This document shows, one piece after another, positions 39,701-54,700 of a stretch of DNA of 64,000 nt. Under the pieces are notes generated by a model that ran no database searches, had not been told where the DNA came from, and saw nothing but the letters and a program-made list of their open reading frames with translations. Position 1 is the stretch's first letter. Each line of letters begins with the position of its first letter. Both the position numbers and the translations under genes were made by a program. This DNA comes from Eledone cirrhosa. Lineage: Eukaryota. Location: NCBI GenBank assembly GCA_964016885.1, contig OZ024741.1:12400001-12464000 (forward strand). The letters are read 5' to 3'.

Positions 39701-42700
39701 GTTTCAGTTTGATATAGTAGTTAGGGGAGGTATATGACAGTTGCTTTCAGTTAGATATAGTAGTTTGGGGAGGTATATGACTGTTGGTTTCAGTTAGATA
39801 TAGTAGTCTGGGGAGGTATATGACTGTTGGTTTCAGTAAGATATAGTAGTTTTGGGAGGTATATGACTGTTGGTTTCAGTTAGAAATATTAGTTGGGGAG
39901 GTATATGATTGTTGGTTTCAGTTAGATATAGTAGTTTGTGGAGGTATATGTCTGTTGGTTTCAGTTTGATATAGTAGTTTGGGGAGGTATATGTCTGTTG
40001 GTTTCAGTTTGATATAGTAGTTTGGGGAGGTATATGACCGTTGGTTTCAGTTTGATATAGGAGTTTGGGGAGGTATATGACTGTTGGTTTCAGTTATATA
40101 TAGTAGTTTGGGGAGGTATATGACTGTTGGATTCAGTTGATATAGTAGTTTGGGGAGGTATATGACTGTTGATTTCAGTTATATATAGTAGTTTGGGGAG
40201 GTATATGTCTGTTGGTTTCAGTTTGATATAGTAGTTTGGGGAGGTATATGACTGTTGGTTTCAGTTTGATATAGTAGTTTGGGAGGTATATGACTGTTGG
40301 TTTCAGTTTGATATAGTCGTTTGGGGAGGTATATGACTGTTGGTTTCAGTTTTATATAGTAGTTTGGGGAGGTATATGACTGTTGGTTTCAGTTAGATAT
40401 AGTAGTTTGGGTAGGTATATGACTGTTGGTTTCAGTTAGATATAGTAGTTTGGGGAGGTATATGTCTGTTGGTTTCAGTTGATATAGTAGTTTGGGGAGG
40501 TATATGACTGTTGGTTTAAGTTTGATATAGTAGTTTGGGGAGGTATATGACTGTTGGTTTCAGTTAGATATAGTAGTTTGGGGAGGTATATGACTGTTGG
40601 TTTCAGTTAGATATAGTAGTTTTGGGAGGTATATGACTGTTGGTTTCAGTTAGATATAGTAGTTTGGGGAGTTATATGATTGTTGGTTTCAGTTTGATAT
40701 AGTAGTTCGGGGAGGTATATGACCGTTGGTTTCAATTAGATATAGTAGTTTGGGAGGTATATGACTGTTGGTTTAAGTTTGATATAGTAGTTTGGGGAGG
40801 TATATGATTGTAGGTTTCAGTTAGATATAGTAGTTTGGGGAGGTATATGACTGTAGGTTTCAGTTTGATATAGTAGTTTGGGGAGGTATATGACTGTTGG
40901 TTTCAGTTAGATATAGTAGTTTGGGGAGGTATATGACTGTTGGTTTATGTTTGATATAGTAGTTTGGGAGGTATATGACTGTTGGTTTCAGTTTGATATA
41001 GTAGTTTGGGGAGGTATATGACTGTAGGTTTCAGTTTGATATAGTAGTTTGAGGAGGTATATGACTGTTGGTTTCAGTTAGATATAGTAGTTTGGGGAGG
41101 TATATGACTGTTGGTTTCAGTTAGATATAGTAGTTTGGGGAGGTATATGACTGTTGGTTTCAGTTAGGTATAGTAGTTTGGGGAGGTATATGACTGTAGG
41201 TTTCAGTTAGATATAGTAGTTTGGGGAGGTATATGACTGTAGGTTTCAGTTAGATATAGTAGTTTGGGGAGGTATATGACTGTTGGTTTCAGTTAGATAT
41301 AGTAGTTTGGGGAGGTATATGACTGTTCGTTTCAGTTAGATTTAGTAGTTTGGGGAGGTATATGACTGTAGGTTTCAGTTAGATATAGTAGTTTGGGGAG
41401 GTATATGACTGTTGGTTTTAGTTTGTTATAGTTGTTTGGGGAGGTATATGACTGTTGGTTTCAATTTGATATAGTAGTTTGGGGAGGTATATGCCTGTTG
41501 GTTTCAGTTGATATAGTAGTTTGGGGAGGTATATGACTGTTGGTTTCACTTAGATATAGTAGTTTGGGGAGGTATATGACTGTTGGTTTCAGTTAGATAT
41601 AGTAGTTTGGGGAGGTATATGACTGTTGGTTTCAGTTAGATAGAGTAGTTTGGGGAGGTATATGACTGTAGGTTTCAGTTAGATAGAGTAGTTTGGGGAG
41701 GTATATGACTGTTGGTTTCAGTTTGATATAGTCGTTTGGGGAGGTATATGACTGTTGGTTTCAGTTTTATATAGTAGTTTGGGGAGGTATATGACTGTTG
41801 GTTTCAGTTAGATATAGTAGTTTGGGGAGGTATATGACTGTAGGTTTCAGTTAGATATAGTAGTTTGGGGAGGTATATGACTGTTCGTTTCAGTTTGACA
41901 TAGTAGTTTAGGGAGGTATATGACTGTTGGTTTCAGTTAGATATAGTAGTTGGGGAGGTATATGACTGTAGGTTTCAGTTAGATATAGTAGTTTGGGGAG
42001 GTATATGACTGTTCGTTTCAGTTTGACATAGTAGTTTGGGGAGGTATATGACTGTTGGTTTCAGTTAGATTTAGTAGTTTGGGGAGGTATATGACTGTAG
42101 GTTTCAGTTAGACATAGTAGTTTGGGGAGGTATATAACTGTTGGTTTCAGTTAGATATAGTAGTTTGGGGAGGTATATGACTGTTGGTTTCAGTTAGATA
42201 TAGTAGTTTGGGGAGGTATATGACTGTTGGTTTCAGTTAGATATAGTAGTTTGGGGAGGTATATGACTGTTGGTTTCAGTTAGATATAGTAGTTTGGGGA
42301 GGTATATGACTGTTGGTTTCAGTTAGATATAGTAGTTTGGGGAGGTATATGACTGTTGGTTTCAGTTAGATATAGTAGTTTGGGGAGTTATATGATTGTT
42401 GGTTTCAGTTTGATATAGTAGTTCGGGGAGGTATATGACCGTTGGTTTCAATTAGATATAGTAGTTTGGGAGGTATATGACTGTTGGTTTAAGTTTGATA
42501 TAGTAGTTTGGGGAGGTATATGATTGTAGGTTTCAGTTAGATATAGTAGTTTGGGGAGGTATATGACTGTAGGTTTCAGTTTGATATAGTAGTTTGGGGA
42601 GGTATATGACTGTTGGTTTCAGTTAGATATAGTAGTTTGGGGAGGTATATGACTGTTGGTTTATGTTTGATATAGTAGTTTGGGAGGTATATGACTGTTG

Positions 42701-45700
42701 GTTTCAGTTTGATATAGTAGTTTGGGGAGGTATATGACTGTAGGTTTCAGTTTGATATAGTAGTTTGAGGAGGTATATGACTGTAGGTTTCAGTTAGATA
42801 TAGTAGTTTGGGGAGGTATATGACTGTTGGTTTCAGTTAGATATAGTAGTTTGGAGAGGTATATGACTGTTGGTTTCAGTTAGGTATAGTAGTTTGGGGA
42901 GGTATATGACTGTAGGTTTCAGTTAGATATAGTAGTTTGGGGAGGTATATGACTGTAGGTTTCAGTTAGATATAGTTGTTTGGGGAGGTATATGACTGTT
43001 GGTTTCAGTTAGATATAGCAGTTTGGGGAGGTATATGACTGTTGGTTTCAGTTAGATATAGTAGTTTGGGGTGGTATATGACTGTTCGTTTCAGTTTGAC
43101 ATAGTGGTTTGGGGAGGTATATGACTGTTGGTTTCAGTTAGATTTAGTAGTTTGGGGAGGTATATGACTGTAGGTTTCAGTTAGATATAGTAGTTTGGGG
43201 AGGTATATGACTGTTGGTTTTAGTTTGTTATAGTTGTTTGGGGAGGTATATGACTGTTGGTTTCAATTTGATATAGTAGTTTGGGGAGGTATATGCCTGT
43301 TGGTTTCAGTTGATATAGTAGTTTGGGGAGGTATATGACTGTTGGTTTCAGTTAGATATAGTAGTTTGGGGAGGTATATGACTGTTGGTTTCAGTTAGAT
43401 ATAGTAGTTTGGGTAGGTATATGACTGTTGGTTTCAGTTAGATAGAGTAGTTTGGGGAAGTATATGACTGTAGGTTTCAGTTAGATATAGTAGTTTGGGG
43501 AGGTATATGACTGTAGGTTTCAGTTAGATATAGTAGTTTGGGAGGTATATGACTGTTGGTTTCAGTTTGATATAGTAGTTTGGGAGATATATGACTGTAG
43601 GTTTCAGTTTGATATAGTAGTTTGGGGAGGTATATGACTGTTGGTTTCAGTTTGATATAGTAGTTTGGGGAGGTATATGACTGTTGGTTTCAGTTAGATA
43701 TAGTAGTTTGGGGAGGTATATGACTGTTGGTTTCAGTTTGATATAGTAGTTACGGGAGGTATATGACAGTTGCTTTCAGTTCGATATAGTAGTTTGGGGA
43801 GGTATATGACTGTTGGTTTCAGTTAGATATAGTAGTCTGGGGAGGTATATGACTGTTGGTTTCAGTTAGATATAGTAGTTTGGGGAGGTATATGACTGTT
43901 GGTTTCAGTTAGATATATTAGTTGGGGAGGGATATGATTGTTGGTTTCAGTTTGATATAGTAGTTTGGGGAGGTATATGTCTGTTGGTTTCAGTTTGATA
44001 TTGTAGTTTGGGGAGGTATATGACCGTTGGTTTCAGTTTGATATAGGAGTTTGGGGAGGTATATGACTGTTGGTTTCAGTTATATATAGTAGTTTGGGGA
44101 GGTATATGACTGTTGGTTTCAGTTAGATATAGTAGTTTGGGGAGGTATATGACTGTTCGTTTCAGTTTGACATAGTAGTTTGGGGTGGTATATGACTGTT
44201 GGTTTCAATTTGATATAGTAGTTTGGGGAGGTATATGCCTGTTGGTTTCAGTTGATATAGCAGTTTGGGGAGGTATATGACTGTTGGTTTCAGTTAGATA
44301 TAGTAGTTTGGGTAGGTATATGACTGTTGGTTTCAGTTAGATATAGTAGTTGGGGGAGGTATATGACTGTTGGTTTCAGTTAGATAGAGTAGTTTGGGGA
44401 GGTATATGACTGTAGGTTTCAGTTAGATATAGTAGTTTGGGGAGGTATATGACTGTAGCTTTCAGTTAGATATAGTAGTTTGGGAGGTATATGACTGTTG
44501 GTTTCAGTTTGATATAGTAGTTTGGGGAGGTATATGACTGTTGGTTTCAGTTAGATATAGTAGTTTGGGGAGGTATATGACTGTTAGTTTCAGTTAGATA
44601 TAGTAGTTTGGGGAGGTATATGACTGTTGGTTTCAGTTTGATATAGTAGTTAGGGGAGGTATATGACTGTTGGTTTCAGTTAGATATAGTAGTCTGGGGA
44701 GGTATATGACTGTTGGTTTCAGTTTGATATAGTAGTTTGGGGAGGTATATGACCGTTGGTTTCAGTTATATATAGTAGTTTGGGGAGGTATATGACTGTT
44801 GGATTCAGTTGATATAGTAGTTTGGGGAGGTATATGACTGTTGATTTCAGTTATATATAGTAGTTTGGGGAGGTATATGTCTGTTGGTTTCAGTTTGATA
44901 TAGTAGTTTGGGGAGGTATATGACTGTTGGTTTCAGTTTGATATAGTAGTTTGGGAGGTATATGACTGTTGGTTTCAGTTTGATATAGTCGTTTGGGGAG
45001 GTATATGACTGTTGGTTTCAGTTTTATATAGTAGTTTGGGGAGGTATATGACTGTTGGTTTCAGTTAGATATAGTAGTTTGGGGAGGTATATGACTGTAG
45101 GTTTCAGTTAGATATATTAGTATGGGGAGGTATATGACTGTTGGTTTCAGTTAGATATAGTAGTTTGGGGAGGTATATGACTGTAGGTTTCAATTTGATA
45201 TAGTAGTTTGGGGAGGTATATGACTGTAGGTTTCAGTTAGATATAGTAGTTTGGGGAGGTATATGACTGTTGGTTTCAGTTAGATATAGTAGTTTGGGGA
45301 GGTATATGACTGTAGGTTTCAGTTAGTTATAGAAGTTTGGGGAGGTATATGACTGTTGGTTTCAATTTGATATAGTAGTTTGGGGAGGTATATGACTGTT
45401 GGTTTCAGTTTGATATAGTACTTTGGCGAGGTATATGACTGTTGGTTTCAGTTTGATATAGTAGTTTGGGGAGGTATATGATTGTTGGTTTCAGTTAGAG
45501 ATAGTAGTTTGGAGAGGTATATGACCGTTGGTTTCAATTAGATATAGTAGTTTGGGGAGGTATATGACTGTTGGTTTAAGTTTGATATAGTAGTTTGGGG
45601 AGGTATATGACTGTAGGTTTCAGTTTGATATAGTAGTTTGGGGAGGTGTATGACTGTTGGTTTCAGTTAGATATAGTAGTCTGGGGAGGTATATGACTGT

Positions 45701-48700
45701 TGGTTTCAGTTAGATATAGTAGTTTTGGGAGGTATATGACTGTTGGTTTCAGTTAGAAATATTAGTTGGGGAGGTATATGATTGTTGGTTTCAGTTAGAT
45801 ATAGTAGTTTGTGGAGGTATATGACTGTTGGTTTCAGTTTGATATAGTAGTTTGGGGAGGTATATGTCTGTTGGTTTCAGTTTGATATAGTAGTTTGGGG
45901 AGGTATATGACCGTTGGTTTCAGTTTGATATAGGAGTTTGGGGAGGTATATGACTGTTGGTTTCAGTTATATATAGTAGTTTGGGGAGGTATATGACTGT
46001 TGGATTCAGTTGATATAGTAGTTTGGGGAGGTATAAGACTGTTGATTTCAGTTATATATAGTAGTTTGGGGAGGTATATGTCTGTTGGTTTCAGTTTGAT
46101 ATAGTAGTTTGGGGAGGTATATGACTGTTGGTTTCAGTTTGATATAGTAGTTTGGGTGGTATATGACTGTTGGTTTCAGTTTGATATAGTCGTTTGGGGA
46201 GGTATATGACTGTTGGTTTAAGTTTGATATAGTAGTTTGGGGAGGTATATGACTGTTGGTTTCAGTTAGATATAGTAGTTTGGGGAGGTATATGACTGTT
46301 GGTTTCAGTCAGATATAGTAGTTTGGGGAGGTATATGTCTGTTGGTTTCAGTTGATATAGTAGTTTGGGGAGGTATATGACTGTTGGTTTAAGTTTGATA
46401 TAGTAGTTTGGGGAGGTATATGACTGTTGGTTTCAGTTAGATATAGTAGTTTGGGGAGGTATATGACTGTTGGTTTCAGTTAGATATAGTAGTTTGGGGA
46501 GGTATATGACTGTTGGTTTCAGTTAGATATAGTAGTTTGGGGAGTTATATGATTGTTGGTTTCAGTTTGATATAGTAGTTCGGGGAGGTATATGACCGTT
46601 GGTTTCAATTAGATATAGTAGTTTGGGAGGTATATGACTGTTGGTTTAAGTTTGATATAGTAGTTTGGGGAGGTATATGATTGTAGGTTTCAGTTAGATA
46701 TAGTAGTTTGGGGAGGCATATGACTGTAGGTTTCAGTTTGATATAGTAGTTTGGGAGGTATATGACTGTTGGTTTCAGTTTGATATAGTAGTTTGGGGAG
46801 GTATATGACTGTAGGTTTCAGTTTGATATAGTAGTTTGAGGAGGTATATGACTGTTGGTTTCAGTTAGATATAGTAGTTTGGGGAGGTATATGACTGTTG
46901 GTTTCAGTTAGATATAGTAGTTTGGGGAGGTATATGACTGTTGGTTTCAGTTAGGTATAGTAGTTTGGGGAGGTATATGACTGTAGGTTTCAGTTAGATA
47001 TAGTAGTTTGGGGAGGTATATGACTGTAGGTTTCAGTTAGATATAGTAGTTTGGGGAGGTATATGACTGTTGGTTTCAGTTAGATATAGTAGTTTGGGGA
47101 GGTGTATGACTGTTGGTTTCAGTTAGATATAGTAGTTTGGGGTGGTATATGACTGTTCGTTTCAGTTAGATTTAGTAGTTTGGGGAGGTATATGACTGTA
47201 GGTTTCAGTTAGATATAGTAGTTTGGGGAGGTATATGACTGTTGGTTTTAGTTTGTTATAGTTGTTTGGGGAGGTATATGACTGTTGGTTTCAATTTGAT
47301 ATAGTAGTTTGGGGAGGTATATGCCTGTTGGTTTCAGTTGATATAGTAGTTTGGGGAGGTATATGACTGTTGGTTTCAGTTAGATATAGTAGTTTGGGGA
47401 GGTATATGACTGTTGGTTTCAGTTAGATATAGTAGTTTGGGGAGGTATATGACTGTTGGTTTCAGTTAGATAGAGTAGTTTGGGGAGGTATATGACTGTA
47501 GGTTTCAGTTAGATAGAGTAGTTTGGGGAGGTATATGACTGTTGGTTTCAGTTTGATATAGTCGTTTGGGGAGGTATATGACTGTTGGTTTCAGTTTTAT
47601 ATAGTAGTTTGGGGAGGTATATGACTGTTGGTTTCAGTTAGATATAGTAGTTTGGGGAGGTATATGACTGTAGGTTTCAGTTAGATATAGTAGTTTGGGG
47701 TGGTATATGAGTGTTCGTTTCAGTTTGACATAGTAGTTTAGGGAGGTATATGACTGTTGGTTTCAGTTAGATATAGTAGTTTGGGGAGGTATATGACTGT
47801 AGGTTTCAGTTAGATATAGTAGTTTGGGGAGGTATATGACTGTTCGTTTCAGTTTGACATAGTAGTTTGGGGAGGTATATGACTGTTGGTTTCAGTTAGA
47901 TTTAGTAGTTTGTGGAGGTATATGACTGTAGGTTTCAGTTAGATATAGTAGTTTGGGGAGGTATATGACTGTTGGTTTTAGTTTGATATAGGAGTTTGGG
48001 GAGGTATATGACTGTTGGTTTCAATTTGATATAGTAGTTTGGGGAGGTATATGACTGTTGGTTTCAGTTGATATAGTAGTTTGGGGAGGTATATGACTGT
48101 TGGTTTCAGTTAGACATAGTAGTTTGGGGAGGTATATAACTGTTGGTTTCAGTTAGATATAGTAGTTTGGGGAGGTATATGACTGTTGGTTTCAGTTAGA
48201 TATAGTAGTTTGGGGAGGTATATGTCTGTTGGTTTCAGTTGATATAGTAGTTTGGGGAGGTATATGACTGTTGGTCTCAGTTAGATATAGTAGTTTGGGG
48301 AGGTATATGACTGTTGGTTTCAGTTAGATATAGTAGTTTGGGGAGGTATATGACTGTTGGTTTCAGTTAGATATAGTAGTTTGGGGAGTTATATGATTGT
48401 TGGTTTCAGTTTGATATAGTAGTTCGGGGAGGTATATGACCGTTGGTTTCAATTAGATATAGTAGTTTGGGAGGTATATGACTTGGTTTAAGTTTGATAT
48501 AGTAGTTTGGGGAGGTATATGATTGTAGGTTTCAGTTAGATATAGTAGTTTGGGGAGGTATATGACTGTAGGTTTCAGTTTGATATAGTAGTTTGGGGAG
48601 GTATATGACTGTTGGTTTCAGTTAGATATAGTAGTTTGGGGAGGTATATGACTGTTGGTTTATGTTTGATATAGTAGTTTGGGAGGTATATGACTGTTGG

Positions 48701-51700
48701 TTTCAGTTTGATATAGTAGTTTGGGGAGGTATATGACTGTAGGTTTCAGTTTGATATAGTAGTTTGAGGAGGTATATGACTGTAGGTTTCAGTTAGATAT
48801 AGTAGTTTGGGGAGGTATATGACTGTTGGTTTCAGTTAGATATAGTAGTTTGGGGAGGTATATGACTGTTGGTTTCAGTTAGGTATAGTAGTTTGGGGAG
48901 GTATATGACTGTAGGTTTCAGTTAGATATAGTAGTTTGGGGAGGTATATGACTGTAGGTTTCAGTTAGATATAGTAGTTTGGGGAGGTATATGACTGTTG
49001 GTTTCAGTTAGATATAGCAGTTTGGGGAGGTATATGACTGTAGGTTTCAGTTAGATATAGTAGTTTGGGAGGTATATGACTGTTGGTTTCAGTTTGATAT
49101 AGTAGTTTGGGAGATATATGACTGTAGGTTTCAGTTTGATATAGTAGTTTGGGGAGGTATATGACTGTTGGTTTCAGTTTGATATAGTAGTTTGGGGAGG
49201 TATATGACTGTTGGTTTCAGTTAGATATAGTAGTTTGGGGAGGTATATGACTGTTGGTTTCAGTTTGATATAGTAGTTACGGGAGGTATATGACAGTTGC
49301 TTTCAGTTAGATATAGTAGTTTGGGGAGGTATATGACTGTTGGTTTCAGTTAGATATAGTAGTCTGGGGAGGTATATGACTGTTGGTTTCAGTTAGATAT
49401 AGTAGTTTGGGGAGGTATATGACTGTTGGTTTCAGTTAGATATATTAGTTGGGGAGGGATATGATTGTTGGTTTCAGTTTGATATAGTAGTTTGGGGAGG
49501 TATATGTCTGTTGGTTTCAGTTTGATATAGTAGTTTGGGGAGGTATATGACCGTTGGTTTCAGTTTGATATAGGAGTTTGGGGAGGTATATGACTGTTGG
49601 TTTCAGTTATATATAGTAGTTTGGGGAGGTATATGACTGTTGGTTTCAGTTAGATATAGTAGTTTGGGGAGGTATATGACTGTTCGTTTCAGTTTGACAT
49701 AGTAGTTTGGGGTGGTATATGACTGTTGGTTTCAATTTGATATAGTAGTTTGGGGAGGTATATGCCTGTTGGTTTCAGTTGATATAGCAGTTTGGGGAGG
49801 TATATGATGGTTGGTTTCAGTTAGATATAGTAGTTTGGGTAGGTATATGACTGTTGGTTTCAGTTAGATATAGTAGTTGGGGGAGGTATATGACTGTTGG
49901 TTTCAGTTAGATAGAGTAGTTTGGGGAGGTATATGACTGTAGGTTTCAGTTAGATATAGTAGTTTGGGGAGGTATATGACTGTAGCTTTCAGTTAGATAT
50001 AGTAGTTTGGGAGGTATATGACTGTTGGTTTCAGTTTGATATAGTAGTTTGGGGAGGTATATGACTGTTGGTTTCAGTTTGATATAGTAGTTTGGGGAGG
50101 TATATGACTGTTGGTTTCAGTTAGATATAGTAGTTTGGGGAGGTATATGACTGTTGGTTTCAGTTTGATATAGTAGTTAGGGGAGGTATATGACAGTTGC
50201 TTTCAGTTAGATATAGTAGTTTGGGGAGGTATATGACTGTTGGTTTCAGTTAGATATAGTAGTCTGGGGAGGTATATGACTGTTGGTTTCAGTTAGATAT
50301 AGTAGTTTGGGGAGGTATATGACTGTTGGTTTCAGTTAGATATAGTAGTTTGGGGAGGTATATGTCTGTTGGTTTCAGTTTGATATAGTAGTTTGGGGAG
50401 GTATATGACCGTTGGTTTCAGTTTGATATAGGAGTTTGGGGAGGTATATGACTGTTGGTTTCAGTTATATATAGTAGTTTGGGGAGGTATATGACTGTTG
50501 GATTCAGTTGATATAGTAGTTTGGGGAGGTATATGACTGTTGATTTCAGTTATATATAGTAGTTTGGGGAGGTATATGTCTGTTGGTTTCAGTTTGATAT
50601 AGTAGTTTGGGGAGGTATATGACTGTTGGTTTCAGTTTGATATAGTAGTTTGGGAGGTATATGACTGTTGGTTTCAGTTTGATATAGTCGTTTGGGGAGG
50701 TATATGACTGTTGGTTTCAGTTTTATATAGTAGTTTGGGGAGGTATATGACTGTTGGTTTCAGTTAGATATAGTAGTTTGGGGAGGTATATGACTGTAGG
50801 TTTCAGTTAGATATATTAGTATGGGGAGGTATATGACTGTTGGTTTCAGTTAGATATAGTAGTTTGGGGAGGTATATGACTGTAGGTTTCAATTTGATAT
50901 AGTAGTTTGGGGAGGTATATGACTGTAGGTTTCAGTTAGATATAGTAGTTTGGGGAGGTATATGACTGTTGGTTTCAGTTAGATATAGTAGTTTGGGGAG
51001 GTATATGACTGTAGGTTTCAGTTAGTTATAGAAGTTTGGGGAGGTATATGACTGTTGGTTTCAATTTGATATAGTAGTTTGGGGAGGTATATGACTGTTG
51101 GTTTCAGTTTGATATAGTACTTTGGCGAGGTATATGACTGTTGGTTTCAGTTTGATATAGTAGTTTGGGGAGGTATATGACTGTAGGTTTCAGTTTGATA
51201 TAGTAGTTTGGGGAGGTGTATGACTGTTGGTTTCAGTTAGATATAGTAGTTTGGGGAGGTATATGACTGTAGGTTTCAGTTAGATATAGTAGTTTGGGGA
51301 GGTATATGACTGTTGGGTTAAGTTTGATATAGTAGTTTGGGGAGGTATATGACTGTAGGTTTCAGTTAGATATAGTAGTTTGGGGAGGTATATGACTGTA
51401 GGTTTCAGTTTGATATAGTAGTTTGGGGAGGTATATGACTGTTGGTTTCAGTTAGATATAGTAGTTTGGGGAGGTATATCACTGTTGGTTTATGTTTGAT
51501 ATAGTAGTTTGGGAGGTATATGACTGTTGGTTTCAGTTTGATATAGTAGTTTGGGGAGGTATATGACTGTAGGTTTCAGTTTGATATAGTAGTTTGGGGA
51601 GGTGTATGACTGTTGGTTTCAGTTAGATATAGTATTTTGGGGAGGTATATTACTGTTGGTTTCAGTTAGATATAGTAGTTTGGGGAGGTATATGACTGTT

Positions 51701-54700
51701 GGTTTCAGTTAGATAAAGTAGTTTGGGGAGGTATATGACTGTAGGTTTCAGTTAGATATAGTAGTTTGGGGAGGTATATGACTGTTGGTTTCAGTTAGAT
51801 ATAGTAGTTTGGGGAGGTATATGACTGTTGGATTCTGTTAGATATAGTAGTTTGGGGAGGTATATGACTGTTCGTTTCAGTTTGACATAGTAGTTTGGGG
51901 AGGTATATGACCGTTGGTTTCAGTTAGATTTAGTAGTTTGGGGAGGTATATGACTGTAGGTTTCAGTTAGATATAGTAGTTTGGGGAGGTATATGACTGT
52001 TGGTTTTAGTTTGTTATAGTTGTTTGGGGAGGTATATGACTGTTGGTTTCAATTTGATATAGTAGTTTGGGGAGATATATGCCTGTTGGTTTCAGTTGAT
52101 ATAGTAGTTTGGGGAGGTATATGACTGTTGGTTTCAGTTAGATATGGTAGTTTGGGGAAGTATATGACTGTTGGTTTCAGTTAGATATAGTAGTTTGGGG
52201 AGGTATATGACTGTTGGTTTCAGTTAGATATAGTAGTTTGGGGAGGTGTATGTCTGTTGGTTTCAGTTGATATAGTAGTTTGGGGAGGTATATGACTGTT
52301 GGTGTAAGTTTGATATAGTAGTTTGGGGAGGTATATGACTGTTGGTTTCAGTTTGATATAGTAGTTTGGGGATGTATATGACTGTAGGTTTCAGTTAGAT
52401 ATAGTAGTTTGGGGAGTTATATGATTGTTGGTTTCAGTTTGATATAGTAGTCTGGGGAGGTATATGACCGTTGGTTTCAATTTGATATAGTAGTCTGGGG
52501 AGGTATATGACCGTTGGTTTCAATTAGATATAGTAGTTTGGGAGGTATATGACTGTTGGTTTAAGTTTGATATAGTAGTTGGGGAGGTATATGACTGTTG
52601 GTTTCAGTTTGATATAGTAGTTTGGGGAGGTATATGACTGTTGGTTTATGTTTGATATAGTAGTTTGGGAGGTATATGACTGTTGGTTTCAGTTTGATAT
52701 AGTAGTTTGGGGAGGTATATTACTGTAGGTTTCAGTTTGATATAGTAGTTTGGGGAGGTATATGACTGTTGGTTTCAGTTAGATATAGTTGTTTCGGAAG
52801 ATATATGACTGTTGGTTTAAGTTCGATATAGTAGTTTGGGGAGGTATATGACTGTAGGTTTCAGTTAGATATAGTAGTTTGGGGAGGGATATGACTGTAG
52901 GTTTCAGTTTGATATAGTAGTTTGGGGAGGTATATGACTGTTGGTTTCAGTTAGATATAGTAGTTTGGGGAGGTATATGACTGTTGGTTTATGTTTGATA
53001 TAGTAGTTTGGCAGGTATATGACTGTTGGTTTCAGTTTGATATAGTAGTTTGGGGAGGTATATGACTGTAGGTTTCAGTTTGATATAGTAGTTTGAGGAG
53101 GTATATGACTGTTGGTTTCAGTTAGATATAGTAGTTTGGGGAGGTATATGACTGTTGGTTTCAGTTAGGTATAGTAGTTTGGGGAGGTATATGACTGTTG
53201 GTTTCAGTTAGGTATAGTAGTTTGGGGAGGTATATGACTGTAGGTTTCAGTTAGATATAGTAGTTTGGGGAGGTATATGACTGTAGGTTTCAGTTAGATA
53301 TAGTAGTTTGGGGAGGTATATGACTGTTGGTTTCAGTTAGATATAGTAGTTTGGGGAGGTATATGACTGTTCGTTTCAGTTTGACATAGTAGTTTGGGGA
53401 AGTATATGACTGTTGGTTTCAGTTAGATATAGTAGTTTGGGGAGGTATATGACTGTAGGTTTCAGTGAGATATAGTAGTTTGGGGAGGTATATGACTGTA
53501 GGTTTCAGTTAGATATAGTAGTTTGGGGAGGTATATGACTGTTGGTTTCAGTTAGATATAGTAGTTTGGGGTGGTATATGACTGTTCGTTTCAGTTTGAC
53601 ATAGAAGTTTGGGGAGGTATATGACTGTTGGTTTCAGTTAGATTTAGAAGTTTGGGGAGGTATATGAATGTAGGTTTCAGTTAGATATAGTAGTTTGGGG
53701 AGGTATATGACTGTTGGTTTTAGTTTTTTATAGTTGTTTGGGGAGGTATATGACTGTTGGTTTCAATTTGATATAGTAGTTTGGGGAGGTATATGCCTGT
53801 TGGTTTCAGTTGATATAGTAGTTTGGGGAGGTATATGACTGTTGGTTTCAGTTAGATATAGTAGTTTGGGGAGGTATATGACTGTTGGTTTCAGTTAGAT
53901 ATAGTAGTTTGGGGAGGTATATGACTGTTGGTTTCAGTTAGATATATAGTTTGGGGAGGTATATGACTGTAGCTTTCAATTTGTTATAGTAGTTTGGGGA
54001 GGTATATGACTGTTGGTTTCAGTTAGATATAGTTGTTTGGGGAGGTATATGACTGTTGGTTTAAGTTTGATATAGTAGATTGGGGAGGTATATGACTGTA
54101 GGTTTCAGTTAGATATAGTAGTTTGGGAGGTATATGACTGTTGGTTTAAGTTTGATATAGCAGTTTGGGGAGGTATATGACTGTTGGTTTCAGTTAGATA
54201 TAGTAGTTTGGGGAGGTATATGAGTGTAGGATTCAGTTAGATATAGTAGTTTGGGAGGTATATGATTGTTGGTTTCAGTTTGATATAGTAGTTTGGGAGG
54301 TATATGACTGTAGGTTTCAGTTTGATATAGTAGTTTGGGGAGGTATATGACTGTTGGTTTCAGTTTGATATAGTAGTTTGGGGAGGTATATGACTGTTGG
54401 TTTCAGTTAGATATAGTAGTTTGGGGAGGTATATGACTGTTGGTTTCAGTTTGATATAGTAGTTAGGGGAGGTATATGACAGTTGCTTTCAGTTAGATAT
54501 AGTAGTTTGGGGAGGTATATGACTGTTGGTTTCAGTTAGATATAGTAGTCTGGGGAGGTATATGACTGTTGGTTTCAGTTAGATATAGTAGTTTGGGGAG
54601 GTATATGACTGTTGGTTTCAGTTAGATATAGTAGTTGGGGAGGTATATGATTGTTGGTTTCAGTTAGATATAGTAGTTTGTGGAGGTATATGACTGTTGG

